This document shows, in pieces, positions 21,605 to 33,604 of a stretch of DNA of 64,000 nt. Source of the DNA: Elsinoe ampelina (taxonomy: Eukaryota); contig ML992509.1 in assembly GCA_010093995.1 (NCBI GenBank), positions 342,894 to 406,893 of the forward strand, read 5' to 3'. The position numbers were made by a program, and so were the translations under genes. A model generated the notes under the pieces. That model worked only from the letters and a program-made list of their open reading frames with translations, was not told where the DNA came from and ran no database searches. The stretch's first letter is position 1, and every line of letters begins with the position of its first letter.

Positions 21605-23804
21605 GGGGATCAAGCTGATGGTGGCTTGAGTATGGTGACGAGAGCTGGGAGGTCGGGTGGGTTCGTCCTTGTCTGGTTTCGTTGCCACTGAGGTTTGCTT
21701 TGATGTACTCTCAAATCTATTCCATGCCGCAGCTTCAGCATGACCAGACTCTTGCATCAGAATGGCCTTGTCGAGAGGGCAGAGATGGAGATTTATTAGG
21801 AGCATTTGCATATCATATACAAGCTCTTTTGGGTCTTGTCAGAGGTAGCAGGTAAGGTGTCAAGTACGATAGTCTCTATGTACATTGCTACCGGCAAGTT
21901 GATAGCGCCACATTTGGTCAACAGCCAATATTGACACCAAACGACCATGCTCGGCGCTCGCTGGTAAATCCGAGGAGAGGGAAGCAGTACAGACACATGC
22001 TGTACCACTTTGGAATGCCGGATGACGTTGGGGATGACTGGCTGAAAGGAGGGAGAACGAATCCATTATCAGCAATGAGGCGGCGAGAAGACGACTTTGC
22101 GAGGCAACCGGAACAATACCGGAGACAGGACAAGCACAGCAGAGGATGAGCACTTTAGACGTCGTTAGCCCGAGTATCGATTAGGCATGCTGGAGGTGAT
22201 CGGAAAATAGGGCCGATATGTGATAGCTTTCTGCCCAATGCTCCAGTCAATCTCTCACTGTACATCAGTCGCCTCTGACCCAACGATTACTAGCTTGTCC
22301 TTGCTCCACGAATGTCCAGATCAGATCAGTTGTCCGCACACCTGAGAACAAAAGTTGGAGAGTGGTGGAAACAATGGGGCACGGTAATGCTGGGGCAAGA
22401 CGCAATACCTCCTGACTTCATCCGACCTAATGGGCTCTTTAACGAGGGCAAGTCGAAGGAGGATGTCTTCAAAATACCCGCAAGCTCGCCCCACCAAGAT
22501 GCACGGACCGCATCGGTCACTATGAGGATAGCCGCAAGTGTGGATCTGAGGAGAGGCTTTTTGGGCAAGGGTCCGAACCATGGTTGTCAGCTTGTCGTGC
22601 GTGGTCACCCACCACTACTGTAGCAGCACCCGGAGTTGATGGCCGCCATGTCGCCTTGCAGCCTTGCCTGTTCCTCTCTGTGAATAGCTCTTCTGAGAGA
22701 GATCAAACCTGGTACGCACGCTGATCATAGAGCCCCTAGCTCTGTCATCTCCTCGATCCATGCCACAAACATGACTCTCGACCATTTGGGGGAATACGAG
22801 CCCTAGATCGAGCAAACATTTCCCGAACCTGGGGATACGACAATCTGACAGAATGCAATCCAGTGAGAACACGGCACGTATCGTCCAGCAATAGGATTAC
22901 CCATCACATCTGCAGCCGCCGAATCTCCACACAGGAACAAGCCACGGTGCGTCTTGGAGGAGGGGACGAATACCAAACGGAAGAGACTGGTGTGGCTGCG
23001 AGTCAGGACGATGGCACTGGCTCGACCACGCCTTGACCAATCCACGGCCGATCCAACAGTAATTTTCATCTTTTTCTTCGATGTGAATGGCGCAGCGCCG
23101 CACTTTGAAATGGTCCTCGCTGCCCAATGACAGTGCAATGCTCCTGGCGATCCTCCAGATTGGCAGCTCGAGCAATTTATTTTGTGGCCTAACCGCACGC
23201 TTTGGGCTTCTTTGACGGGGTTTGACAAGTGGGCCTCGACTTTCGAGTCGTGTGATGAGAATACGCCCCTTTGGCCTGGGGCGATCAGTCCCGGCATTCT
23301 TGCACGCGCGGGTCAAGTTTTGTTTTGACTCGACGACTGTCGAATCCTCACCAGGAATGCACATCATCGTCGAATGTTGAGGAGACGGGCGATTCTCAAT
23401 CCTCCACAACCTCTTCCACTTGTCTCAGACGCACGACGACTAGGATCGTGAACTTTAAATTCCAAGCCGCCTGCGCCGTTGCAAGCTTCAGCCCAAAGAG
23501 GTACCATCGGAAGACAACCAGACATTCAAGTACTGTACAGTGCACCTCAAAGCCCTCGGAACACCCCTTGTTGGCTGGCTGTAGTTGTCCCAGCAAGCCG
23601 CGTTACCATCTGAAACACAATACCTCACAGACTGTTGCTGGTCAACTGCAGAGCGTCGACAAGGAGATCAAGGGGAAAAGGACAGCTGCAAGAGTCGGGA
23701 GAAGCGTTGCATTCAATGACAGAAATATCCGGCAGCCCTGCGGTTCCACGCTGCAGCTAAAGGGACAAGTGTAACGGTCAGGAACCGTTCTGGCAGTATT
23801 GACC

Positions 23805-26800
23805 ATGATGCATCATGCCTCCACCGCGTCGACTCTGCCTCCTCTGCGAATACCGTCAGCTCCAACAATTGGTCCTCCAAACATGCCGCTGCCAGCTCTG
23901 CCCAGCAGTAAGACCAGGTCTCGTCTGCCAGAGACGCCAAATTCTTCGCTAGGCAGACGTGAGTCTTCTGGATCTGGCATCCCGACACCTACATCCTCGA
24001 TTCCTACACCTACAAGTTCGACACGAAAGACTACGCCGGTCGGTCTAGCCAGGCTTAGGGTGCCTGCTGTGCAGTCCACGACCAGTCTCGCATCTCCCAC
24101 AAAAGATTCACCATCGAGCCCAATCAGTCCCGGGAGTCCGTCCAGACGGCGCTCGTTCCGGAAGACTGTCAGTATTGGCTCTTTCCCTCAACCACCCAGG
24201 GGAGGCTTCGGTGCACTGGGAAGCATCTCTTCGAGCGCCGAATCTACACCATCGCTACCATCATCGACAAAGGCGAACACTCCGCTTGCCTTTTCCTCCA
24301 GGGCCACCTCTCCAGCCACACTCGCAGATGCGCCAAAGTCGCTGGAGGACGAAGACTTGTTTCCACCACGGTCGAGCTCATTGGCAGTGACCAGTACTGA
24401 GCAGAAGAAGCTGTCTCTCATTGAAGAACGAAGGGCTTCGGAGGTCGCCGAGGCAGAGGACAACTACGACCCACCAAGATCAAATTCTCTTGCCGTGACG
24501 AGCAATGAGCATAAAAAACTGTCCCTGATCGAAGAGAAGAGGGCTTCGCAACACCATGTCAAGCTCTCCATATTCCCGGCGCCGGAGCCGTCATCCCGCA
24601 GAGCGTCCAAAGCCGAGTCGCTACCCCTGCCAAAATTGATAGGCTCGCCGGCTCTCCGACAAGAAGACTCCGGTATCCGAGCTCCAGTCTTGCGACGAAA
24701 GTCGAGCTCCCCACTGCTGCGACAAGGAGCTTTTCTAACAGACCCAATGTCCACTGGAATGCCCATACCTAAACGGAAAGCCAGTTCACCTCTGCTGCAA
24801 CAACTTAAACTGCCAGAGGATCTCCCACCACCTCCTCCACCACCGACCAGAACAATATCGCCTACGAAAAGAGCAGCAACAAACAGTACTTTGGTGGAAG
24901 AGCAGGACGTGTCTTCGGAACTTCCAAGTGTAGCAGAGGCAAAGGAGTCAACACCATCTCCAAAGTCCGCAACAAACCGTGTCTCGGGTCTGCCGACCAT
25001 CAAGGGCAAGCGCACCGCTTCAGTAGCTTCGAGCACGCGCAAGTCGGACAGACATCTCAACGTGCCCTCCGACCTGGACAGTCGACCATCTTCAGCACAT
25101 GGATCAGCTGTCACCGATGGTACGCACTTCGAGGACGTTGATCCGCTCACCGCTGCGCCAACGTCGACGCCAACCTCTATCCAATGCGGTCGATCACGAC
25201 CGAGCGATGCTGGCAGCATACGAAGCCTTCGGAGCACAAAGAGCGAGAGCAATCTCAAGTCTGGCAAAGAGTACAGCAAAGAGGGTAAAGACATGAAAGG
25301 CAATGTTGTGGTTAGCGTTCGAGTCCGTCCGAACGGAGGCGACACTACGGCCAACCCAGACTGGGTGGTGGATAACAAGCGAGCTTTGATTAGCTACAAA
25401 GGGGGTGAGGGTGGTGACTTTCGCTATGGTGTCGCTTTCTCGACTGTTACTCCATTGGAAATGCTGATAAAGACCAGACAACGTGTTCTCAAATGGAGAC
25501 GACAACGGCCGGGTCTACGACTCAGCAGCCAAGCGACTCGTTCGACGGGTCATGGAAGGCTACCACGGCACCGTCTTTGCATATGGCTGCACCTCTACCG
25601 GCAAGACTTTCTCAATGCAAGGCACTGCCGCTTCCCCCGGTATCATCCCGTTGGCAATCACCGACATCTTCTCCTACATTCGCGAGCAGCCACATCGCGA
25701 ATTCCTGCTGCGTGTGTCTTATCTCGAAATATACAATGAGAAGATCTACGACCTGCTCTCACCGAACGCCGGTGCGGGTATGCAAGAAGATATCAAGCTC
25801 CGCGAGGATTCGAAGCGAGGTGTCTACGCTACTCCTCTGAAAGAGGAGATTGTTCAGTCGCCCACTCAGCTGCTCAGGGTCATTGCACGCGGAGATCTCT
25901 GCCGGCGGACAGGCAGCACACAATTCAATGCTCGGTCCTCTCGATCACACGCGGTGGTACAAATTGTGGTCGAGTCTCGCGCTCGCGTAGATCCGGCTTC
26001 ATCTGGCTTACCATCCGGCGTGCTCGTCTCGACGCTTTCCTTGATAGATCTTGCAGGTTCTGAGAGAGCAGCCGAGGATAGGGACCGGCGAAAAGAGGGA
26101 TCTCATATCAACAAATCGCTGCTTACCTTGGGGACGGTCATTTCGCGCCTGTCAGAACAGAAGCCTGATGCTACCGCACTTCCGTCCAAGTCTCATCTAC
26201 CTTATCGCGACAGCAAGCTTACCCGACTTCTTTCCTCGGCGCTTTCTGGCAATTCTCTCATTTCCATTCTATGCACAATTCAGCTTTCGCCTATGGGGGC
26301 GTTTGGTCCTCTGAATGCTATGGCCGCACCTAGTGAGACATTAAATACGCTCAGTTTCGCCAGCCGTGCAAAGAACAACATCGTCTCACACGCAAAAAGG
26401 AACGAGTCAATTCCAGGACTTGGAGGAGAAGCACGCGCACTGCTCGACCGGTACAAGGCCGAAATCGAAGATCTTCGAAAGCAGCTCGATAGTCAGACGA
26501 GGAATTCTACGGCACCGGAGACCCCTCTCTCTGTCGCACCTACCGAAAGCAAAGAAGCGAGACCGGAGCGCACAGAGGAGGAAGAACGGAAATGGCTTGA
26601 GCGGGAGAGGGAGAGCGCAGAGCGTCATGAAGCGCAAATGCTTGAGATGCAGCTGGCGAGGACCGCACTGAAAGAACGGATCGGGCACTTGAACAGGTTG
26701 ATCCTGAGTAGCAAGAGCGTCGGTGTGAATGCGGGTGTCAAAGTCCGTGATCGACGAGCGCCAGCACCAGATGAGGTTGGCGTAGCGCTGGGTAGTCCAG

Positions 26801-27615
26801 AGGTGTCGAGACAGGGAAGTCTGGTTGAAGGCCTCGAGACATCAAGACCGGGCTACCAGCGCGCGTTCTCGCTGGGTAGTGCAGGGCTGAAGGTCCCAGG
26901 CTTTGTGGCTGGTGAAGCGCTGGCCGAGGAGAGCGAGGATGATCTCTCTGCCGAAAGCGGCGAGGCTAGTCCCGCCAGTCGTATCACCGCGCTGCAGGCG
27001 GACATAAAGGACAAGAACCGGTACATCGCCACGCTCGAGAGGCGTCTCTTGGAAGCACGCAGGACGAGCGGTGGCAAGAGACGCAAGAGCAGCGGAGTCG
27101 GCACAGGAGGATGGGAGGAGGTCGTCGCGGAGAAGGACCGCGAGATCGAGGAGCTGAAGAAGCGACTCGACGACGCCGCTCGCATGGGCAACGCACTCCG
27201 CTCTGCTGCAAGACGACGCGACATGGTGGACATCCGCAGTGGCACCGATGGACTCGGTCTCGGCGGTGGTCTCAGCATCGATGTCTCCAAGGGCAGGAAA
27301 ATCAGCACCATCACTAGCCCGACCGGTCAGGGTCATGCACACACGATGAGCATGAGCAGTAATGGGAGTCGCAGCATCAATTTCTCCAGACTGACGCCGG
27401 TGGGCATACTGAGTCCCAGCAAGGCGGGGTTTGGCGAGGATCCCATGGAGGTGGAGCGGCCGATGGATAGTGGAAAGTCGTTGCGCAGTCAGAAGAGTCT
27501 GGAGGAGATGACGCGGATGCTGGACGGGATGATTGCGCAGAAGGTCGAGGAGGGAGTGCCTGGTTTATTTGGGGTGAAGACGATGGTGCAAGTCGCCGTT
27601 GGTGATGCGAGGTAG
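23805..27615 (+). CDS. Kinesin-7 (Kip2/KipA-like) with long S/P-rich N-terminal extension
   Basis: Intron 25429-25477. Motifs VVVSVRVRP, P-loop AYGCTSTGKT, SYLEIYNE, SSRSH, LIDLAGSE, HINKSLLTLG and PYRDSKLTR; KipA-type MLEMQLARTALKERIGHLNRLILSSKS coil. Confidence 0.9.
24363..24548 (+). repeat. Intragenic duplication in the kinesin N-terminus (2 x 26 aa, period 108 nt)
   Basis: PPRSSSLAVTSTEQKKLSLIEERRAS and PPRSNSLAVTSNEHKKLSLIEEKRAS. Confidence 0.85.
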
Positions 27616-28586
27616 ATGGACAGGCTGCGGGCTACGGGAGTGTCTTTTCGGTTTCTACTGCTATGGTCGATGGTGGCGGGCATTTTGATACCCTTGCTGC
27701 GATTTTTGGTTGCATTTTCTGGACTGGGCAAGGAGGTGGAGGACAGGCAAGGGTGCATAACAGGTGGGAAAGGAGGCTCACGCTTCACGTAGTAGCTATG
27801 TAATGTCTGGCTGGCCGACTTTGTATTTTTTGAACATGGTCGAGATCCGAAATGATTGATACCTATCTTATCAAGACTGCGCACTGTTGCAAGACACCTC
27901 GCTACTGTACCGAACACTGTCAAACCCGACCTCCGTGTCCATCAGGAAGGTGCATCGCCCAAAGCACGCCTCTGACCTCTCTTTTGTGCCCCTAAGACGC
28001 AAGCAGCGTCGCACAAGCTGCCTCCCCCCTCGTCGGACCCGCCGTGTGATCACCACGCCAAGTGTCACAGATCAGCACCGTGGACGACGACTCTCACCAG
28101 GCGGCAAAAAAGCACATGCCAATCCAGCTCCCATGCCCGAGCCGTGACTGGCTGGCTTTATTCTGTTCCCGCCCGTGCGTCGTGCCCCCGGGTCCAAGGT
28201 CCTTCCCCCTTTTTTTTTGCTTCGGAAGGCGGCGTTTCAGACTTGGGCTCGGGTCAGGGTTGGCGAGTAGCGGCGTCTCGCGAGGACAATGTATGGTGAG
28301 TACTGAAGGCTGCAGGGACTGGTTGAGCGAGGGTAGACGAGGGCATGCAGAGGCAAAGATGGGTCTACGGTGGCAGCCCCGCGGACAAAGCGAGGGATAC
28401 TGTCTTTCTGCTCTTCACATGCTGGACTTGCGTCTCTGGTGCAGGCAGAGTGACGATTTTTCTATGGACCCGGCGGGGTGGATGGTCAGGGTCGTTGCGT
28501 GGCCCTCTCTCTTCCTGGCACGGACGATCACGCTGGATGGCCCGATGTGATTGGCTCGACGAGGCTGGGGCGGATGCGTATCCCAA

Positions 28587-28617
28587 GTCGCACATCGCAC
28601 GTCGCACGTCGCACGTC
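28587..28617. repeat. 7-bp tandem repeat (TCGCACR) x4
   Basis: gtcgcacatcgcacgtcgcacgtcgcacgtc in the intergenic region. Confidence 0.7.
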
Positions 28618-29649
28618 TCTTTCTGGGCCTTCCTCATCCCGCCTTTTGCTTTGGGTTTGCGTCTCGTATGCATGCATGCGCTGTGCTCCGTGCGAGTGGT
28701 GCGACGACCATGGCCTGGGCTGGCTTTTGATACATGTGTAACCTCTTCTCTTCCTTGACCGTTGACTTTTTGCTTTCTGGCATTTGCATCTGCACCACTC
28801 CGGACGGGAAGGCGTGGTCATTCTTCTCAGCCTTCTCTAATACCAACTTCCTGGGGCGGCGAGGAAAAAGGTCTGTCACGAATACAACGCACAACCTTGA
28901 ACGCAACTCACGGCCGGCCCTTCTTTTCGAGGATCAGCACGCGTGCAGGATACTGTGCTGTACCTCGCGGGCTCTAGACCTCAACCTTGTCCTTTCTGCA
29001 CGACCGCCAGCCGGATCTCCGTCTCTTCACTAATTCACTTCGACCAATCGACCGTCCGACATCAGGTTTTTTCTTTCATCGCCGTTGTCGACTGCCTTCC
29101 TGCCAACGGTCGGTCCGCGTCGACCGAACTCTTCTCCCGACCGTTGCTCAGCGCCGCCACGAGGGAGAAAAGAAAAAGGACTGGACCGTGACGAGACGCC
29201 GACACATCTTTGGCCCGTAGCGTGCTGAGCGTGGACCTGCTCGTCGCCCGATCGAGGTTGAGCAGAGCAGGGAATCCTTGCTTTGCCTGCCTGTTTGGGG
29301 TTTGGAAGGGTGCCGCTGGGTCGCGATCGCTCTTTTATGACAGTGCGAGACTGCTTCTGGTTGTGATTTTTGCATTTACGACTCTCACGAAAGCACGGAT
29401 TGGACGCTTCCTGGTGAAGTGGTCGCTGGAGATAGACTGACGATTTGACTCGATTGTTGGGAGCATAGCTGGTCTTGCTGCTGCTAAGCATACTGGGTCG
29501 GATACAGGACGAGCCTGGACTTACGGATTACTACTTAACTTTTTACCGAAACACACTGGTGGATTGTATATCAAGGAGAGATTTGCATAGGCGAAAGGCG
29601 ACGATAGAAACCATTGTTCGACCTTTCCTTCACGACACGGACGCCCATC

Positions 29650-31572
29650 ATGAGGGACCGAAGGAACACAAACAATCTCTCCATCTCGATATCCTCACAA
29701 TCCTCCGCCGCCGTCTCGCCTGTCTCAGCGACAGATACAGTCGATGCTGAGAAGGGAAGGTTCCTCCTATTACCAGAGAAGTCCATCAGTGATGCTCTGC
29801 CATCACCCCTTCTCAAGCATGCACAAGAGACGCAACGGCGGCAACCCGTATACCGCAAGCTGTTTTCACAAGCCTCGAAACAGAGCATAGCCGTCGCTCT
29901 GCTCTGCGGCATCTTCTTCCTTTGGCGTGCAGTACTACTGCTGTCGTCGTTACACATCATCGCTCTTCCTTCCTTCAGCCGATACTCGCTGCTGGAAGGT
30001 ACGTCGATACCGAGCGGGCCAGAGCCTCTCATCATCCAAGATCAGAGTGGTAATAAGAGATGGACCATCTCGATACCGTCGAATGCTACCTTCCCTCTAC
30101 GACCTCATGAATACAAGGACATTTGCTCAAAGTCGACTTCGTTGAACAAGCTTCTATCGCTGTCGGATTCCTCGACCACCATTTCAGACAAATACTATCA
30201 CCAAGATCCGATGTTTGTCGACCCATCGTCATCGTCGGCTAGGACTGTCTTCCCTGCAACGCAGGACACACAACCAATCTCTATTGTCGGTGCTACGCCA
30301 GAGACAGCGACACTACCAATATGCAGGAAGTCGTTGACGTTTCTGCTTGAGACGTCCGAGGCGGGCTTTGGTGCTTCTCTACTTAGTCTTTGGCTCTCAT
30401 ACGGTCTGGCTCAGAAGGAGGGTAGAGCATTCTTCATTGACGACTCTCGTTGGACATATGGAAGTTACTTGACCTACTTCCCTGCTCCGCCAGCCCCGCA
30501 CTGCTCGCCTCCACCACCACAGCACATTGTGCCGTGTCCTCACTCTGCTGCACACCTCGCTGTGTCCGCCGCCAACCTCCGCGAGACCTTTGGTGTTGCC
30601 TTCCATGACCGCTACCAACGCACGCATCACAAGGGCGTGTCTCGTCAAAGGGACATTTTTGCCATGGCTCGATCTGGGTACGAAGCTCTCTTCGGCCTGA
30701 ATGGCGAGGACCGCGAATTCGCATCTCACCGTGTGCGAGGTATTCGCGACGCAGCCACCCGCCGTGGGCAAGAAGTCGTCGGCGTCCACATCCGCCGCGG
30801 CGACCGTCATCCCTTCGAGTACGAATTCCAAAACGACTACCTCCCCCTCGAACGCTTCATCAACACCGCCATCGACGGCGTCCAAACCTCCCGCCGCACC
30901 GAAGACCGACCCCGCGGCCGCATGGGCGGCTCCGTCCTAGCCAACCACATCCTCACCCCCGCCCCGAAGAAACAATACAACGAATCCGCCCCTCTCACCA
31001 TCTACGTCGGCTCCGACGACCCTGACATCGTCACGAGCAAAGACCTCGCTTTCCTCACGGCCGACACCAAATTCCACCTTGAGCGAGCGCAGGAACGCAT
31101 CGTCCTCGCCAGCAAGAACAACCTCCTCCCGACCGTGCCGCAACGCAAGGGTGCCTTTGTGAAGCACATCGACCAAGTCTCGGGCTGGGAGGGGGGTTTC
31201 TTCTCGTCGCTATTCCGTGGCTTGGGGCGGCCGAACCGCGCGGCTCACTTGACGTTTTCCTCGGCGAAAGAGCACAGGGAACAAGTCGAGGAACGGATCC
31301 GGAAGGAGAAGGAGAGGGAGCAAGGTACGGGGCAAGGGTTGAGTGATGAGGAGAAGAAGGGGGAGGAGAATGCGTTGGCCATGAGGGAGTTGGTGGGGAG
31401 AGGGTATTTGCTGGATCTGGAGGTGTTGGGGAGGAGTGATCGCGTGGTTTGCGCGGTTAGTACTACTACGTGTAGGGCGTTGGGGGTGGTGATGGGGTGG
31501 GAGAAGGTCAAGACGGGGAGGTTTGTGAATGTTGATGATGGGAGGGGGTGGAGCTGGGATGGGTTGCATTGA
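29650..31572 (+). CDS. Type II membrane glycosyltransferase-like protein with alpha-1,6/alpha-1,2-fucosyltransferase (GT23/FUT8-like) motifs
   Basis: N-terminal TM segment (IAVALLCGIFFLWRAVLLLSSL); GFGASL loop; motif I VGVHIRRGD; motif II IYVGSDDP; motif III LLDLEVLGRSDRVVCAVSTTTCR. Confidence 0.65.
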   Translation: MRDRRNTNNLSISISSQSSAAVSPVSATDTVDAEKGRFLLLPEKSISDALPSPLLKHAQETQRRQPVYRKLFSQASKQSIAVALLCGIFFLWRAVLLLSSLHIIALPSFSRYSLLEGTSIPSGPEPLIIQDQSGNKRWTISIPSNATFPLRPHEYKDICSKSTSLNKLLSLSDSSTTISDKYYHQDPMFVDPSSSSARTVFPATQDTQPISIVGATPETATLPICRKSLTFLLETSEAGFGASLLSLWLSYGLAQKEGRAFFIDDSRWTYGSYLTYFPAPPAPHCSPPPPQHIVPCPHSAAHLAVSAANLRETFGVAFHDRYQRTHHKGVSRQRDIFAMARSGYEALFGLNGEDREFASHRVRGIRDAATRRGQEVVGVHIRRGDRHPFEYEFQNDYLPLERFINTAIDGVQTSRRTEDRPRGRMGGSVLANHILTPAPKKQYNESAPLTIYVGSDDPDIVTSKDLAFLTADTKFHLERAQERIVLASKNNLLPTVPQRKGAFVKHIDQVSGWEGGFFSSLFRGLGRPNRAAHLTFSSAKEHREQVEERIRKEKEREQGTGQGLSDEEKKGEENALAMRELVGRGYLLDLEVLGRSDRVVCAVSTTTCRALGVVMGWEKVKTGRFVNVDDGRGWSWDGLH

Positions 31573-31895
31573 GCATTGGGATGAAAGGGGAGGGGAGGGC
31601 ATAGCGTGGTTCTCTTGTGCATACTTTAACCTAGAGGGCATCCTTGAAAGGATGGCTTGGTAGTCGGGAATTTATTTTGTGAAGACGTATAATTGTTTTC
31701 ATGGTCTGCTTCATGTGCAAGTCCTGTCCGGACAATGATCACGTCCTTCTCGCTGTAAATCGAGCTACCTATTGGAGTGACGAGTACAGCAATGATGCAA
31801 GTCATAGATCTCGAAGCTCAATCAACCTCGGCCCCCGCAATCACGCAAGCTCTCCCGGACATCACCCTTCCTCCCCACCCCACCGCACAGTCCCC

Positions 31896-32966
31896 ATGTC
31901 CTCACAACCCCAAATCCTCATCTTCGGCGCCGGCGCCGTCGGAGCCTTCTACGGCGCCCTCCTCGCGCGCAGCTCCCCCAGATCACCCCCCTCCTCCTCC
32001 CCCCAACCCCTCGTCAGCGTAGTCTGCCGCTCCAACTTCCCCGCCGTCTCGCGCTCCGGCTTCCACATCACCTCCCCTTCCCACGGGACCTTCACATGGC
32101 GACCCGCGCACGTCTTCCCCTCGCCCGCGGAGGCGCGCAAGAGCGGGATACACTGGGACTACGTGGTCATCGCGACCAAAGCATTACCCGACCAAGGGGA
32201 CGATTCCGGATTGATCGAGGGGTTGGTGGGGAGGGGGACGGGGGTGGTGTTGGTGCAGAATGGGCTGGGGGTGGAGGGGGGGTATTGGAGGCGGTTTGTG
32301 CAAGGGCGAGGGGAAGGGAAGGGGGTGGAAGGGGTGGAGGTGCTGAGCGGGGTCACGGTGGTGAGTGCCGAGCAGCCTGAGAATGGCGTTATACGGCATA
32401 ATCGGTGGACGAGGATTAATGTGGGACCGTACGCGCCGGATGGGGAGGGAGGGGAGGGAGGGGATGGGAAGGCGGAGGAGTTTTGCGGGTTGTTGAGGGA
32501 GGGTGGGGTGAGGGATGCGGAGGCGTACAGTGCGAGGAAACTGCAGTTGTTGAGGTGGCATAAGATTGCGATTAATGCGGCGATGAACCCGAGCTCTGTG
32601 TTGTCGGGAGGGACACCGAATGGGGCTATGGCTACGGATGAAGAGATGGGGAGACACTTGTTGGGGGTGATGAGGGAGGTGCTGGAGACGGCGCCAAAGG
32701 TGTGTGGTGAGGCGCTGCCGGGGGAGTTTGCGAGCGCGGAGAAGATATTGGAGAGCACGAGGAAGAACACGAGTGGGAGTCGGCCGAGTATGTGGGCTGA
32801 TTGGGAGGGTGGGAAGAGGATGGAATTGGAGGTGATTATGGGAGCGCCGATTAGAATGGCGAGGGAGAAGGGATTGGAGATGAGGAGGTTAGAGAGCATG
32901 TATGCTTTGTTGAAGATGGCGCAGAAGAACAGGGATGAGAGGGCGAGGGGAGCGGCGAAGTTATGA
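31896..32966 (+). CDS. 2-dehydropantoate 2-reductase (ApbA/PanE family)
   Basis: ILIFGAGAVGAFYG Rossmann motif, DYVVIATKAL, LVQNGLG, RWHKIAINAAMN, and RPSMWADWEGGKRMELE. Confidence 0.9.
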   Translation: MSSQPQILIFGAGAVGAFYGALLARSSPRSPPSSSPQPLVSVVCRSNFPAVSRSGFHITSPSHGTFTWRPAHVFPSPAEARKSGIHWDYVVIATKALPDQGDDSGLIEGLVGRGTGVVLVQNGLGVEGGYWRRFVQGRGEGKGVEGVEVLSGVTVVSAEQPENGVIRHNRWTRINVGPYAPDGEGGEGGDGKAEEFCGLLREGGVRDAEAYSARKLQLLRWHKIAINAAMNPSSVLSGGTPNGAMATDEEMGRHLLGVMREVLETAPKVCGEALPGEFASAEKILESTRKNTSGSRPSMWADWEGGKRMELEVIMGAPIRMAREKGLEMRRLESMYALLKMAQKNRDERARGAAKL

Positions 32967-33604
32967 GGGGGAATGTGAAGTATTTTGATTGTTGGCCATA
33001 GCGATATAGAGACTTGGATGTGCATATAGAGGGTCTAATGCGGGTGGTGTTGTGAAGGCCACAACATATGACTTGATGCCGCTACAACCGCACATAAATC
33101 TGAAAATGACCACTCCTTCAGCTCATTGCATCACACATCAGCCTTGTCCATCCTCAAATTAACATGACCATCTATCCAACTCGGTCAATCTCGCAGCCAA
33201 GGCGCCGTACGCCGCTCCAACCGCTTCAGGGATCACAAGATCACAAGGCCAACGAACCTGCGCCGCGGGACGCCTTGCATGTTTCTTAGGCTGGTTATTT
33301 CGTTGCCTGAAATGCCTTATTTCGCCGATGAACGCATCTACATCATCTGATCGTCCGCATTCTTCAAGAGAAGTATTCTGGAAGCTTTCCTGTTTCGTAC
33401 AGACACTATTCGCTCTGAGTATAGCTGGGGCGTTATATCGCGCACCGCGTCTTTGAGGCTTCCAGCTTGGGCTTCCTGGTTTTTACCTTGAGTTCCAGGC
33501 TTGGAGGATATATAGAGCTATGAGCAAGGTCTTGTAGTGACTTCACACTTCTCTCTACGTTACTCTGCGCTCGTCAACAACATCGCCATCTGAACATCGC
33601 CGCC

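Noticed and set aside
33048..33066. Perfect hairpin TGTTGTG-AAGGC-CACAACA resembling LTR termini
   Set aside because: Only a 7-bp stem with no internal LTR sequence; plausible by chance in 64 kb.
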